A DNA stretch of 64,000 bases from Patescibacteria group bacterium UBA1406 (GTDB lineage Bacteria > Patescibacteriota > Microgenomatia > UBA1406): assembly GCA_002305675.1 (NCBI GenBank), contig DBQA01000007.1, positions 302,653 through 366,652 of the forward strand. Direction: 5' to 3'. Below the pieces are notes generated by a model. The model did no database searches, was not told the origin of the DNA, and saw nothing but the letters and a program-made list of their open reading frames with translations. The position numbers were made by a program, and so were the translations under genes. This document shows, piece by piece, positions 34,869 to 44,208 of the stretch; the first letter of the stretch is position 1, and each line of letters starts with the position of its first letter.

Positions 34869-37055
34869 ATGATTATGAAAATAAATATAATATTGAGATT
34901 AGCAAAGAAAGAATTTTTGGGTTATGTTAATGGCGCTCTGGCTTATACCGTCATTGTTCCATTCCTATTATTATCTGTCTTTCTCTATACTAGAACAGCA
35001 TTAGTGGGTGGAGATGCAAGCCTTAGGCCATATTTTGAGCTTCTTCCCTGGTTTTTATTACTTTTAGCTCCTGCCCTATCGATGAAACTTTTATCTGATG
35101 AACAAAAGTCAGAAACAATTGAACTGCTCTTGGCCCACCCCATTTCAGAACTAGAAATCGTTGTCGGAAAGTTTCTAGGAGCTTTGGCCTTTTTTGCCAT
35201 AATTTTGTTGACTACGATTGGATTACCACTTTCATTGATCGTCTACTCACGACCAGACTTAGGACAGATAGCTGGCCAGTATATCGGAGCTTTATTTATT
35301 GGAGCTACTTTTATTTCAGTTGGTATTGCAGCCTCTGCTTATGTAAAAAACGCTATTAGTAGTTTCCTATTGGGAGCAGCCATCAGTTTTATTTTAATCA
35401 TTATTGGGTTTGATTTAGTTACCCAGATGTTACCGTTCCCATTCAATCGCATTACCTCAGAATTATCTGTCTTAACTCACAGTGAAAGTATTGCAAGAGG
35501 GCTTTTAGATATTCGTGATGTTTTCTATTTCTTGACAATTACAGCGGTTTTTCTGGCTGCTGCCATATTTAAGCTATCCGAACGTAAAACTACTGAAAGA
35601 CCTACAGAGGCTAGGAAATTAAAGTTTGCTTTGGGTTTAATTCTGGCAATCGGCGTAATCTCAAACATCATATTATCTTCATATCCTCTTAAGGTTGACT
35701 TAACCCAAAGTAGGTTGTTTACTTTGTCAGAAGGCACGAAACAAACCTTAAAGAATCTTGATGATATTGCAACAATTACTCTTTATTCCTCAAGGCAACT
35801 TCCTGCCCAGATGCAATTAGTAGCGCGTGATGTTACCGATACCCTTAAAGATTACGAGAAACTAAGCAAAAATATCAAATTTAGGGTTGTTTATCCCGAA
35901 GAAAGCAGTGAGGGTGCAAGTGAGGCCAAACAAGCAGGTATTAATGAGGTGCAATTTAACACCTTAAGTTCTGGAAAGTTTGAGGCCCAAGCAGGATTTT
36001 TAGGATTAGCAATCCGCTTTAGTGATAAAACTGAAAGTATTCCTTTTATCTCAGATACTTCTGATCTTGAGTATCAATTAACTCGTCGAATCAGGAAACT
36101 TTCGGCAGATAAGGATAAGGTGATTGGTATTTATAGAAATGGCTATTCGCCAAGCCAGATATTGAACGAGCTTTTATCAAGTCAATATAAAACAGAAACG
36201 TTAGCGGTTGACGATAAGGGAAAACTGAAAGGTCTGAGTGCATTAATTGCGATAGATGATGGTAGCCAAGAAAGCACGGCTTCAGCAATGATTAAGGATT
36301 ATTTAAGTCAAAATGGCAGAGTATTGTTCCTCGCAAGTGGAGTTAGTGTAAGCCCTCAATCGCTATCTGCCCAAAAGAGCCAATCGACAATACCAAACTT
36401 TCTTTCTGATTATGGCGTCACTTTAAACAATGATTTGGTATACGACCTACAACTTGCTGAGATACTAAACTTTAGCGATCAAAATGGAAGAAGATACCTC
36501 TCCCAATACCCTTATTGGCTACGATCTCTTCCCGCTACTAATGATTTTGCTCCGATTTCAACAGTAAAAAGTGTTAGTCTTGGTTGGCCAAGCTCATTAA
36601 CTTTATCTACTAGAGACGGAGTCACCCAAAAAACCCTTTTAACAACTGGTATGAATGCTGGTAAAACTGATAATGTGTTCAGTATTTCACCACAGTCAAT
36701 TAATACCCTTACTCCTAATGGGCAAAAAATTCCTTTAGCTACCTTAATTGAAAAAGGTGATATGCGTTTGGTGGTAGTTGGATCTTCAACCTTGGCCAAC
36801 GATCAGTTTTTACAAAACAATCCTGATAATGTGGCATTCTTAAGTAATGTCATCGACTATCTGGCGGCTGATAAAGACCTGGCCACAATTCCTTCAAAAT
36901 CTACAGGTAGAGCGGTGTTCGAGTTTAAAAATTCAATAGATATCTTCCTCGTGCAATATGGGAATTTATTAATTCCACCTTTTGCAGTTATATCTTTTGC
37001 AGTCTTTTATTTGAGAAGAAGGAGGTTATTAACTAAACGGGTCTATGCAAAATAA
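34869..37055 (+). CDS. Fused ABC-2 permease (GldF-like) and GldG-like auxiliary domain
   Basis: N-terminal six-helix ABC-2 type membrane domain, a large extracytoplasmic domain, and a C-terminal TM helix. The start abuts the ATPase stop. Confidence 0.6.
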   Translation: MIMKINIILRLAKKEFLGYVNGALAYTVIVPFLLLSVFLYTRTALVGGDASLRPYFELLPWFLLLLAPALSMKLLSDEQKSETIELLLAHPISELEIVVGKFLGALAFFAIILLTTIGLPLSLIVYSRPDLGQIAGQYIGALFIGATFISVGIAASAYVKNAISSFLLGAAISFILIIIGFDLVTQMLPFPFNRITSELSVLTHSESIARGLLDIRDVFYFLTITAVFLAAAIFKLSERKTTERPTEARKLKFALGLILAIGVISNIILSSYPLKVDLTQSRLFTLSEGTKQTLKNLDDIATITLYSSRQLPAQMQLVARDVTDTLKDYEKLSKNIKFRVVYPEESSEGASEAKQAGINEVQFNTLSSGKFEAQAGFLGLAIRFSDKTESIPFISDTSDLEYQLTRRIRKLSADKDKVIGIYRNGYSPSQILNELLSSQYKTETLAVDDKGKLKGLSALIAIDDGSQESTASAMIKDYLSQNGRVLFLASGVSVSPQSLSAQKSQSTIPNFLSDYGVTLNNDLVYDLQLAEILNFSDQNGRRYLSQYPYWLRSLPATNDFAPISTVKSVSLGWPSSLTLSTRDGVTQKTLLTTGMNAGKTDNVFSISPQSINTLTPNGQKIPLATLIEKGDMRLVVVGSSTLANDQFLQNNPDNVAFLSNVIDYLAADKDLATIPSKSTGRAVFEFKNSIDIFLVQYGNLLIPPFAVISFAVFYLRRRRLLTKRVYAK

Positions 37056-37923
37056 AACGATCACTATTTTAGTAATAATTTTAGCAATATTAGCAGCCGT
37101 CTGGGGAATAACTACGTATTTTCCAAAACTTACACCCGAGACGTCTCCCTATGCAAAAAAAGTAAAATCTTATGATAAAACTGCAGTGCAATCAATTATA
37201 ATTAAAAATTCCTCAGGCTCGCTTGAACTTAAAAAAGAGGACAATACTTGGAAGGTTAATGGTAAAAAGGCGGATGTCTCAAAAATAAACAACCTGGTTA
37301 ATGAACTGTTTCCATCAATTTTCCCAGAAATTATCGCCCAAACAGACAAAAGACATAAAGAGTTTGAACTGACTAAAGATACCGCTACAAGTATCGCCTT
37401 TGACAATAAACTAACCTGGTTGATTGGTAAAAACACTGGTGCGTCAATATATGCCAGATTTGATGATGACAATAATGTATATTTACTTAAATTTGGCACA
37501 TCTAGCCTTTCAACCCAGGCCTCTGACTGGTTTGACAAAACTATCCTTAACTTTGATCAAACAAAAGCATCCAAACTTACCTTTAAAGAAACTGGGAATA
37601 CTACTGTCCTGATTAAAAAAGATGATAAATGGATGGATGAGATAAATAATAAAGAGGCAAAAAAAGATAAAGTCAATTCAATTTTGTCTCAAGCATCAAC
37701 TTTATCTGCTCAGTCATTGTATGACCCCAAAAAAGACATTGCATATCCGAATACCCTAACACTTACCTTCTCTGTTGAATACGAAGGAAAAAGTGAAACA
37801 CTAGAGTTTTCTAAAGGTGGTTCAGATTATTTTGTTAAGCGGCTTTCTGATGGAGAAAAGTTTATTGTTAGCGAATATTCTGTTTCGTCCATAGTTACAG
37901 GATCAAAGGAGGTCTTGAATTAA
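37045..37923 (+). CDS. DUF4340-like membrane-anchored protein associated with GldG-type ABC systems
   Basis: N-terminal TM helix plus a beta-rich repeat body. Overlaps the upstream gene by 11 nt. Assigned by gene context. Confidence 0.45.
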   Translation: MQNKTITILVIILAILAAVWGITTYFPKLTPETSPYAKKVKSYDKTAVQSIIIKNSSGSLELKKEDNTWKVNGKKADVSKINNLVNELFPSIFPEIIAQTDKRHKEFELTKDTATSIAFDNKLTWLIGKNTGASIYARFDDDNNVYLLKFGTSSLSTQASDWFDKTILNFDQTKASKLTFKETGNTTVLIKKDDKWMDEINNKEAKKDKVNSILSQASTLSAQSLYDPKKDIAYPNTLTLTFSVEYEGKSETLEFSKGGSDYFVKRLSDGEKFIVSEYSVSSIVTGSKEVLN

Positions 37924-37928
37924 AACCT

Positions 37929-39122
37929 ATGAATTTAGTTAAACTGTTAGTCGGCATAAAAAAATATATAAAGAAGAGTCAAAAGCCGATTCTCATTGTT
38001 ATTTTCATCTTATTAGTATCTGCGGCTTTCTACAATAATGGTCATATTAGAGATCAGATTGATGACTTCTTAAAAACTATTCGGCAGAAAACTCCTTTTG
38101 CAATTAATACTCCTTATGAAAAGTTAAGGGTTGTTCAGGAAGAGTCTGTCATTGTTAACGCGGTGAAGAAGGTTTCTCCGTCAGTGGTTACGGTAACGAT
38201 TAAAAACTCTAAAAGACCTATCTTAGAATTTTCTCCTTTTGAAGGGTTTAGCCAAAAATTGAGAGATAGCGAACCACAAGATATCGGGACTGGTTTTGTA
38301 ATATCTGCAAATGGTTTGATTGTGACTAATAAACATGTTGTTTCCAATACAGATGCGAAATATAAAATCACCACAAAAGATGAAAAAGTTTATGATGTTC
38401 AAAAAATCTTTCGCGATCCCTTAAATGATTTAGCAATCTTAAAAATTGATGCAAATGGTCTTAAACCGGTAGAGTTTGGAGATTCCTCAAAAATAGATGT
38501 TGGCCAACTAGCTATCGCTATTGGAACTGCATTAGGAGAATTTCGCAATACTGTTACGGTTGGAGTCGTATCAGGAGTAGGCCGAGGTATTACTGCAGGC
38601 AATCCATTTGAAGGGTATGTTGAGCGATTAGATGATGTTATTCAAACCGATGCAGCAATTAATCCTGGCAATTCTGGTGGGCCCCTCCTTAACTCATCAG
38701 GACAGGTTATTGGCATAAATACAGCTGTTTCTGAAAGAGGTCAAAATATTGGTTTTGCTATTCCTTCCAATGTAATCAAAAACGCGCTGGATCAATTTTA
38801 CAAAGAAGGTGGCAAATTCCAAAAACGACCATATCTTGGTGTCAGATATAAATTTGTCAACCGTAGCTTGGCTATTATGAATGAGATTCCCGAAGGAGCA
38901 TATATTCAGGAAGTAGTTTCAGGTTCCCCTGCAGAAAAAGCGGGGCTTGAAGAAGGAGATATTATTACAAAAGTAAACGGAGATAAACTTACCGAGGATG
39001 ACAACTTATCAAAAGTTATTGCCAAAAAGAAAGTGGGAGAAAAAGTAAATCTTGAAGTTTGGAGAGATGAAACTACAAAAACATTCTCTGTCACTTTAGA
39101 AGAATATCCTCAAAATGAATAA
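37929..39122 (+). CDS. HtrA/DegP-family serine protease with PDZ domain
   Basis: Catalytic triad contexts TNKHVV (His), NDLAILKI (Asp), GNSGGPLLN (Ser). C-terminal PDZ (GSPAEKAGLEEGDIITKVNG). Confidence 0.85.
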   Translation: MNLVKLLVGIKKYIKKSQKPILIVIFILLVSAAFYNNGHIRDQIDDFLKTIRQKTPFAINTPYEKLRVVQEESVIVNAVKKVSPSVVTVTIKNSKRPILEFSPFEGFSQKLRDSEPQDIGTGFVISANGLIVTNKHVVSNTDAKYKITTKDEKVYDVQKIFRDPLNDLAILKIDANGLKPVEFGDSSKIDVGQLAIAIGTALGEFRNTVTVGVVSGVGRGITAGNPFEGYVERLDDVIQTDAAINPGNSGGPLLNSSGQVIGINTAVSERGQNIGFAIPSNVIKNALDQFYKEGGKFQKRPYLGVRYKFVNRSLAIMNEIPEGAYIQEVVSGSPAEKAGLEEGDIITKVNGDKLTEDDNLSKVIAKKKVGEKVNLEVWRDETTKTFSVTLEEYPQNE

Positions 39123-39210
39123 ATCTTCATTTCATTGCATGTGAGTAGGGCATCAAATAGTCTTAAATAGGGAGAGGAGTCTCAATTTCCAGTTATCCTG
39201 GAAATGGATT

Positions 39211-39363
39211 TTGTTTATTGAAAATTGTTCTGAATACATCTCGTCCGATACACTGGATGGAATATTCGAGAAATGGATACAATTTAGGACGACAGACTGG
39301 ATAAATTACCTCGAATACCCTGAGTATACAACCAAAGAAACCAATCGACTCTTAAACCTCTAA
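39211..39363 (+). repeat. Gene-remnant repeat D (homolog of 32998..33129)
   Basis: Open frame ...GIFEKWIQFRTTDWINYLEYPEYTTKETNRLLNL* with no ATG start. The core 39291-39325 matches 33027-33061 at 34/35 nt. Confidence 0.65.
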
Positions 39364-39421
39364 TCCTCTCTTTTTAATCTCTTCCAAGATTTTCCCGCCC
39401 AGGGGACGGCAAGAGCAATTC

Positions 39422-39494
39422 ATGGCGTGTTCAACATGCCATTTGACTCTCTGGTCAAGAGTTGGGTCCTTAGGCACTTTGTTTGCTAAGTGCC
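39422..39494. promoter_or_regulatory. Two palindromes upstream of the HTH-res-mod operon (candidate operator sites)
   Basis: ATGGCGTGTT-c-AACATGCCAT (39422-39442, 9/10 symmetric) and GGCACTT-N8-AAGTGCC (39473-39494). Confidence 0.35.
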
Positions 39495-39566
39495 ATTTTG
39501 CGTTGATTTTCCCCATAGAAACAGTATACCAATTTAGCGCTGGTTTTAGTATACTTTTGTTGAGGT

Positions 39567-39752
39567 ATGCCGAAGAAAAACGCTACATTTCCAAAACTGT
39601 TGACTATAAAACAAGCTTCAGAGATCCTGAATGTGCATGTGGAGACTTTAAGGCGTTGGGACAAGCGCGGGAAACTCAAGGCCATAAGGGTAAACGAGCG
39701 TGGCGATAGGCGTTACCGCCCAGAAGACATAGAAAAATTAATGAAAATATAA
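39567..39752 (+). CDS. Excisionase/MerR-type HTH DNA-binding protein (possible R-M controller)
   Basis: LLTIKQASEILNVHVETLRRWDKRGKL...R..R.Y pattern of the excisionase-family HTH. The stop is 1 nt before the res ATG. Confidence 0.7.
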   Translation: MPKKNATFPKLLTIKQASEILNVHVETLRRWDKRGKLKAIRVNERGDRRYRPEDIEKLMKI

Positions 39753-39753
39753 T

Positions 39754-42336
39754 ATGAACAACTTATATCAACAACTAAAATCAGATGTAATTAGCTGGAG
39801 ACAGCAGGGATATCCCTCCTCCTACCCTGTTATTGCAACCATCCTAAACTTCAATAAAAATAATTTTCTAAGACAAGCACAATTTGAGGCACTCGAAACT
39901 TACTGGTATTTGCGACTGGTTAAAAACACCCCCAATATCTTCGAGCTTTATAAAGAATACTTCCAAGGCAAGGATCTCCTGAAAGCTCTTGGGATTTCTC
40001 TGTCAGAGGAGGATCTAACCGACTTATTACTGGAAGGAGGCGGAATAGACGCAATCTTCGAAAAGGTAAAAACTGATAATGTCTTCGTTAAGAAGTATAA
40101 GCTTGAAGCTTTGAGAGAAACCCTCACCCTCCCATATCCAAGTTACATTTTGGCTTTGGCAATGGGTGCAGGGAAAACAATTCTTATTGCCTCCATCATT
40201 GCCACCGAGTTTGCAATGGCTCTGGAATATCAGGAGAAGGACGGCATCTTTGTCAGAAACGCTCTGGTATTTGCGCCAGGAAAGACCATCCTTGGAGCAT
40301 TGAAGGAAATTGCCGATACTCCATACGACAAGATCCTGCCTGCACGCTTCTACAAGTCATTTGTGACCAATGTGAAGTTTACCTATACCAGAGATGGCGA
40401 AAAGGATATTCCCGTCATTCGAGGCAGTTCCTTTAATGTTATCGTCACCAACACCGAGAAAATCAGACTACAAAAAAACAGTATTCCCAAGTCATTTCTC
40501 GGCACACAACTGAGCCTAGGATTAGAAGAAGCCAAAGAGCTGGTTGCCAATCTGCGTTTACAATCAATCACCTCCTTACCTCACTTAGCCGTCTTTTCTG
40601 ACGAAGCGCATCATACCTACGGACAAGCGTTAGCAGAGGATCTCAAGCGGGTGCGCCAAACCATTAACTACATCAGCGAAAAAACCAATCTTCTGGCAGT
40701 TGTTAACACCACAGGCACGCCCTACTTCCAAAGACAGCTCCTGCGGGATGTTATTTACTGGTATGGACTCTCCCAAGGCATTGAAGACGGCATTCTCAAG
40801 GAAGTCCGAGGCAACATTGTTGCCTATAAAGAAGTTTCAGAGGAAGACTTTGTTATCGATATCGTCAAGGACTTTTTTCAGGAATACAAAGATGTCAGAG
40901 TCAATAATGGCGAATACGCAAAATTAGCAATCTACTTCCCCCAGGTTGATGACCTAGATCAGGCTAAACCGATTATTGAACAAACACTTATCTCTCTGAA
41001 ACTAGACCCCTCAGTTGTCTTGCCAGTCCATAACAAATCGCCAGAAGATATCAAGGATCTTTTTGATAACCGCATCAATGACCCGCACCTGCCTTACAGG
41101 GTGTTCTTGCTAGTCAACAAAGGCACAGAGGGATGGAACTGTTTGTCCTTATTTGCTACCGCACTTGCAAGAAAACTTTCTTCGAGTAATAACTTCGTGC
41201 TTCAGGCAGCTAGCAGGTGCCTGAGGCAGGTCAATGGTAATACCAAGAAAGCAAAGATTTATTTATCCCGCGCCAATGTCTCAGTGCTTGACCGCCAGCT
41301 TCAGGAAACCTTTGGTGAGGGCTTGGACGACCTCAATCGAGCCAAAACCGATACTTACCCAGTTAAGATAACTCTCAAAAAACTAGAAATCGAACCAGTT
41401 ATCATCAAGAAGCTTATCCAAAAGATCGTCCCAGAAAGCGATACATCTACCACCTTGAAGGTGGAGAAGCCCAAATCTGACGCCGTAGAGGGGCTTGAAA
41501 AGACTATTTACACCATGTCCAAAACCCAGAGGAAAGGCGTCCTAGTTGAGGTTGATAGCGAAAAATCAAAGCCCAGAGATGTAAAGGTTGATTTATACCA
41601 GGCAGCAGTCTTGCTTGCTCATACTTATCGCCTTGACTCTCTAGAGGTTTATAAGCTCCTTGCACCTCTTTACCCAGATGGAGAGATGTCTGCTGTTGAC
41701 CTAGAGCTTGTCCGTTTACAACTAGAAAAGCAAGTTATCAAATACAAAGTTACTACCGAGACAGTCGAAGAAGCCCTGGCACTTATCAAGACCAAAGGCT
41801 TTGAGGAAGAAGTCGAAGACGGCAAAACCTCCTATGTTACTCACATTAGGGTCAATAAGGACAACCTGGAAAAGTATGTCTTGGATACCGACACTTATAA
41901 AAAGAAGGCGGGTCAAATGCCTTTGTTTGGTTTCCACTATGACCCTTACAACTTTGATTCAGAAGACGAACGAGCTTTCTTTGAACAAATGTTGGACAAA
42001 CTCGGCGAAGATCCAGATAATGTTGAGGATATTTATTTTACAGGCGCACTCACAGATAGGGAGAAAACCGACTTTGCGTTTGAGTATAAAGACAATAAGG
42101 GCGACTGGCATTCATACACACCTGATTTCTTGATCAGAAAGAAAGACGGCAAGTCGCTGATAGTCGAAGTCAAGGGTAAGCCATACAGAAACGAGGCGGC
42201 AGAAAAGGAAATGAAACAACTAGAGGCGATAAATCCTGATAAAATTAAATATGAACTCCTGCTCTTAGAGGAAGGTGAATCGGTGTTTGGTAAAGTAACG
42301 CCAGTCTTTAATTGGATTTACCAAACCCAAAAATAA
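39754..42336 (+). CDS. res: Type III restriction enzyme Res-like subunit (SF2 helicase with C-terminal PD-ExK nuclease)
   Basis: Motif I AMGAGKT (aa 136-142), motif II DEAH (aa 283-286), motif III TGTP, KGTEGWN, motif VI QAASRCLRQ. C-terminal YTPDF...IVEVKGK (D791, E805, K807). Confidence 0.8.
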   Translation: MNNLYQQLKSDVISWRQQGYPSSYPVIATILNFNKNNFLRQAQFEALETYWYLRLVKNTPNIFELYKEYFQGKDLLKALGISLSEEDLTDLLLEGGGIDAIFEKVKTDNVFVKKYKLEALRETLTLPYPSYILALAMGAGKTILIASIIATEFAMALEYQEKDGIFVRNALVFAPGKTILGALKEIADTPYDKILPARFYKSFVTNVKFTYTRDGEKDIPVIRGSSFNVIVTNTEKIRLQKNSIPKSFLGTQLSLGLEEAKELVANLRLQSITSLPHLAVFSDEAHHTYGQALAEDLKRVRQTINYISEKTNLLAVVNTTGTPYFQRQLLRDVIYWYGLSQGIEDGILKEVRGNIVAYKEVSEEDFVIDIVKDFFQEYKDVRVNNGEYAKLAIYFPQVDDLDQAKPIIEQTLISLKLDPSVVLPVHNKSPEDIKDLFDNRINDPHLPYRVFLLVNKGTEGWNCLSLFATALARKLSSSNNFVLQAASRCLRQVNGNTKKAKIYLSRANVSVLDRQLQETFGEGLDDLNRAKTDTYPVKITLKKLEIEPVIIKKLIQKIVPESDTSTTLKVEKPKSDAVEGLEKTIYTMSKTQRKGVLVEVDSEKSKPRDVKVDLYQAAVLLAHTYRLDSLEVYKLLAPLYPDGEMSAVDLELVRLQLEKQVIKYKVTTETVEEALALIKTKGFEEEVEDGKTSYVTHIRVNKDNLEKYVLDTDTYKKKAGQMPLFGFHYDPYNFDSEDERAFFEQMLDKLGEDPDNVEDIYFTGALTDREKTDFAFEYKDNKGDWHSYTPDFLIRKKDGKSLIVEVKGKPYRNEAAEKEMKQLEAINPDKIKYELLLLEEGESVFGKVTPVFNWIYQTQK

Positions 42337-42338
42337 CT

Positions 42339-44138
42339 ATGACAAACGACACAAGTAAAAAAATAAAAATCGGCACACCCAACGGCAGACCAATGCTAAC
42401 CTGGGTGAATAAAAAGCCTCTAGAAACAGTTACGGGTTACCCAACACAACTCACCGAAAGCTTTGGAGACAAAGAAGCCCTCAAAGTGCCTGAATACAGC
42501 AAGCTAGAAAAGAACTGGCACAACCTTCTCTTTCATGGTGATAACAAAGAAGTTCTCGCTTCCCTCCTGGAGCTAGGCTTCAGGGGCAAAGTTGATCTGA
42601 TTTATATTGACCCCCCCTTCGCGAGTAATAAAGACTACATGCGCAAGGTTGAACTTAGAGGACTAAAAGCCCTAGGAAAAATTGAGGAGGATAGCGAATC
42701 AATTATCCAACAGACAATGTATGAGGATATTTGGAAGCGGGATGAATATTTCCAATTTATCTATGACAGATTAATCCTCTTAAAAGAATTATTGAGCGAA
42801 AAAGGAACAATTTATGTCCATCTCGATTACCATGTTTCTCACTATGTAAAAGTAATAATGGATGAGATCTTTGGTCAAGACAATTTTAGAAATGAAATTG
42901 TTTGGTGTTATACAAGCCCCTCTGGGGCAGTAAGAGATTTTCCTGACAAGCATCAAATTATTCTCAGGTATTCAAAATCAGACGATTATCTTTTTAATGG
43001 GGTTAATATTCCATACAAATCTGGCGTCCATGATACAAAAGGGACAGCACTTGGATACACAGGTAAGGAGCGAGAAGTCGATGTAAAAGCTATGGAAGAT
43101 AGTGGTAAATTAATTGAAGATTGGTGGGTCGATATTTGGTCAGCAGACAGATACAGAGGTGAATATACGGGGTTTAGAACTCAAAAGCCATTAGCTCTCC
43201 TTGAGAGGATAATCACCGCTTCATCCAATGCAGGAGACTTAATCCTTGATTGTTTCCTTGGTTCAGGAACAACTTGTGTATCCGCCCAAAAACTGGGCAG
43301 AAGATGGATCGGCGTAGATGTTAATAAAGGATCAATACAGCTTACAGGTAAAAGGCTTCAACCTGTCATTAAAGAACAAACAAAGCAATTGATTAATGGA
43401 CAAATTGCGAAATCTTATAACACATACAAAGTAAACAACTATGACCTGCAGATATTAAAAACAGAAGCTAAAGAGCTGGCAATCCAACAGTATGGTATCA
43501 CCAGAACAAAAACAGAGACATTCTTTGATGGCTTAAGAGATAGCGGTGAGCTGGTAAAAATCATAGACTTCAATCACCCACTAACACTCCTCGATTTACA
43601 GCTGATCAAGGACGAACTCGATAAACGACCCGACGAAGACAGAGATATAGTTGTAATTTGTCTGGGGAGAGAGACAAAAGTCGATTCCTGGGTTGAGGAA
43701 TGGAATAAAAAACAACCTCACAAAGACGCACGCACCAGTAAGCGTATGAGGCAGTTTGTTGTCTTTGATCTTAAAGACAAGAACTTTGTCAGCTACGAAC
43801 CCTCGAAGGCTGAAGTTGAGATTAACAGAGCGGGTAAAGATAAAGTCAAGATTAAGGTTGTCTCTTTTATCTCCCCTTCCATAATCAAACGCTTGGAGCT
43901 TGAGCCAGGACTACTGCAAAAAAAGATTCCAGACTTCAGATCAATGATCGATGTCGTTTTGGTAGATACAAACTATGACAACGAAGTGTTCAAGATTGGT
44001 TTCTCTGATGTCCCAGAGAAACAGAGCGACCTGGTCAAGGGAGAATATGAGCTTGAGATAACAGAAAAACCAACCAAAGTGGCAGTCAAAATCATTGACA
44101 TGTTAGGAGAAGAAGTCTTGATTACCAAAGAAGTGTAA
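42339..44138 (+). CDS. mod: Beta-class N6-adenine/N4-cytosine DNA methyltransferase (Type III Mod-like)
   Basis: Motif IV DPPF (aa 91-94) lies N-terminal to motif I ILDCFLGSGTT, the beta-class order. ATG is 2 nt after the res stop. An extension of about 280 aa follows motif I. Confidence 0.8.
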   Translation: MTNDTSKKIKIGTPNGRPMLTWVNKKPLETVTGYPTQLTESFGDKEALKVPEYSKLEKNWHNLLFHGDNKEVLASLLELGFRGKVDLIYIDPPFASNKDYMRKVELRGLKALGKIEEDSESIIQQTMYEDIWKRDEYFQFIYDRLILLKELLSEKGTIYVHLDYHVSHYVKVIMDEIFGQDNFRNEIVWCYTSPSGAVRDFPDKHQIILRYSKSDDYLFNGVNIPYKSGVHDTKGTALGYTGKEREVDVKAMEDSGKLIEDWWVDIWSADRYRGEYTGFRTQKPLALLERIITASSNAGDLILDCFLGSGTTCVSAQKLGRRWIGVDVNKGSIQLTGKRLQPVIKEQTKQLINGQIAKSYNTYKVNNYDLQILKTEAKELAIQQYGITRTKTETFFDGLRDSGELVKIIDFNHPLTLLDLQLIKDELDKRPDEDRDIVVICLGRETKVDSWVEEWNKKQPHKDARTSKRMRQFVVFDLKDKNFVSYEPSKAEVEINRAGKDKVKIKVVSFISPSIIKRLELEPGLLQKKIPDFRSMIDVVLVDTNYDNEVFKIGFSDVPEKQSDLVKGEYELEITEKPTKVAVKIIDMLGEEVLITKEV

Positions 44139-44170
44139 CCAGATTTTCCCTGATAAAATGACTGTAATGA

Positions 44171-44194
44171 CTGCCCTTAATTGGGCAGTTTTTT
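44171..44194 (+). terminator. Intrinsic terminator between mod and the 1593-aa gene
   Basis: CTGCCC-ttaatt-GGGCAG followed by TTTTTT. Confidence 0.7.
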
Positions 44195-44208
44195 GTAGAT
44201 TATGAAAA

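Noticed and set aside
39391-39420. Possible second att site: tttcccgcccaggggacggcaag partly resembles the tRNA-Asn 3' end (ctcccccgccaggactcgaac).
   Set aside because: Only a short cccgcc.agg core matches and the rest diverges. Serine recombinases do not require or create long direct repeats, so this cannot be used to set the element border.
39422-39709. Track ORFs 39422-39709 (+) and 39470-39685 (-).
   Set aside because: Both overlap the conserved HTH gene 39567-39752 and the palindrome-rich upstream region in other frames. Neither has motifs. They are likely spurious.
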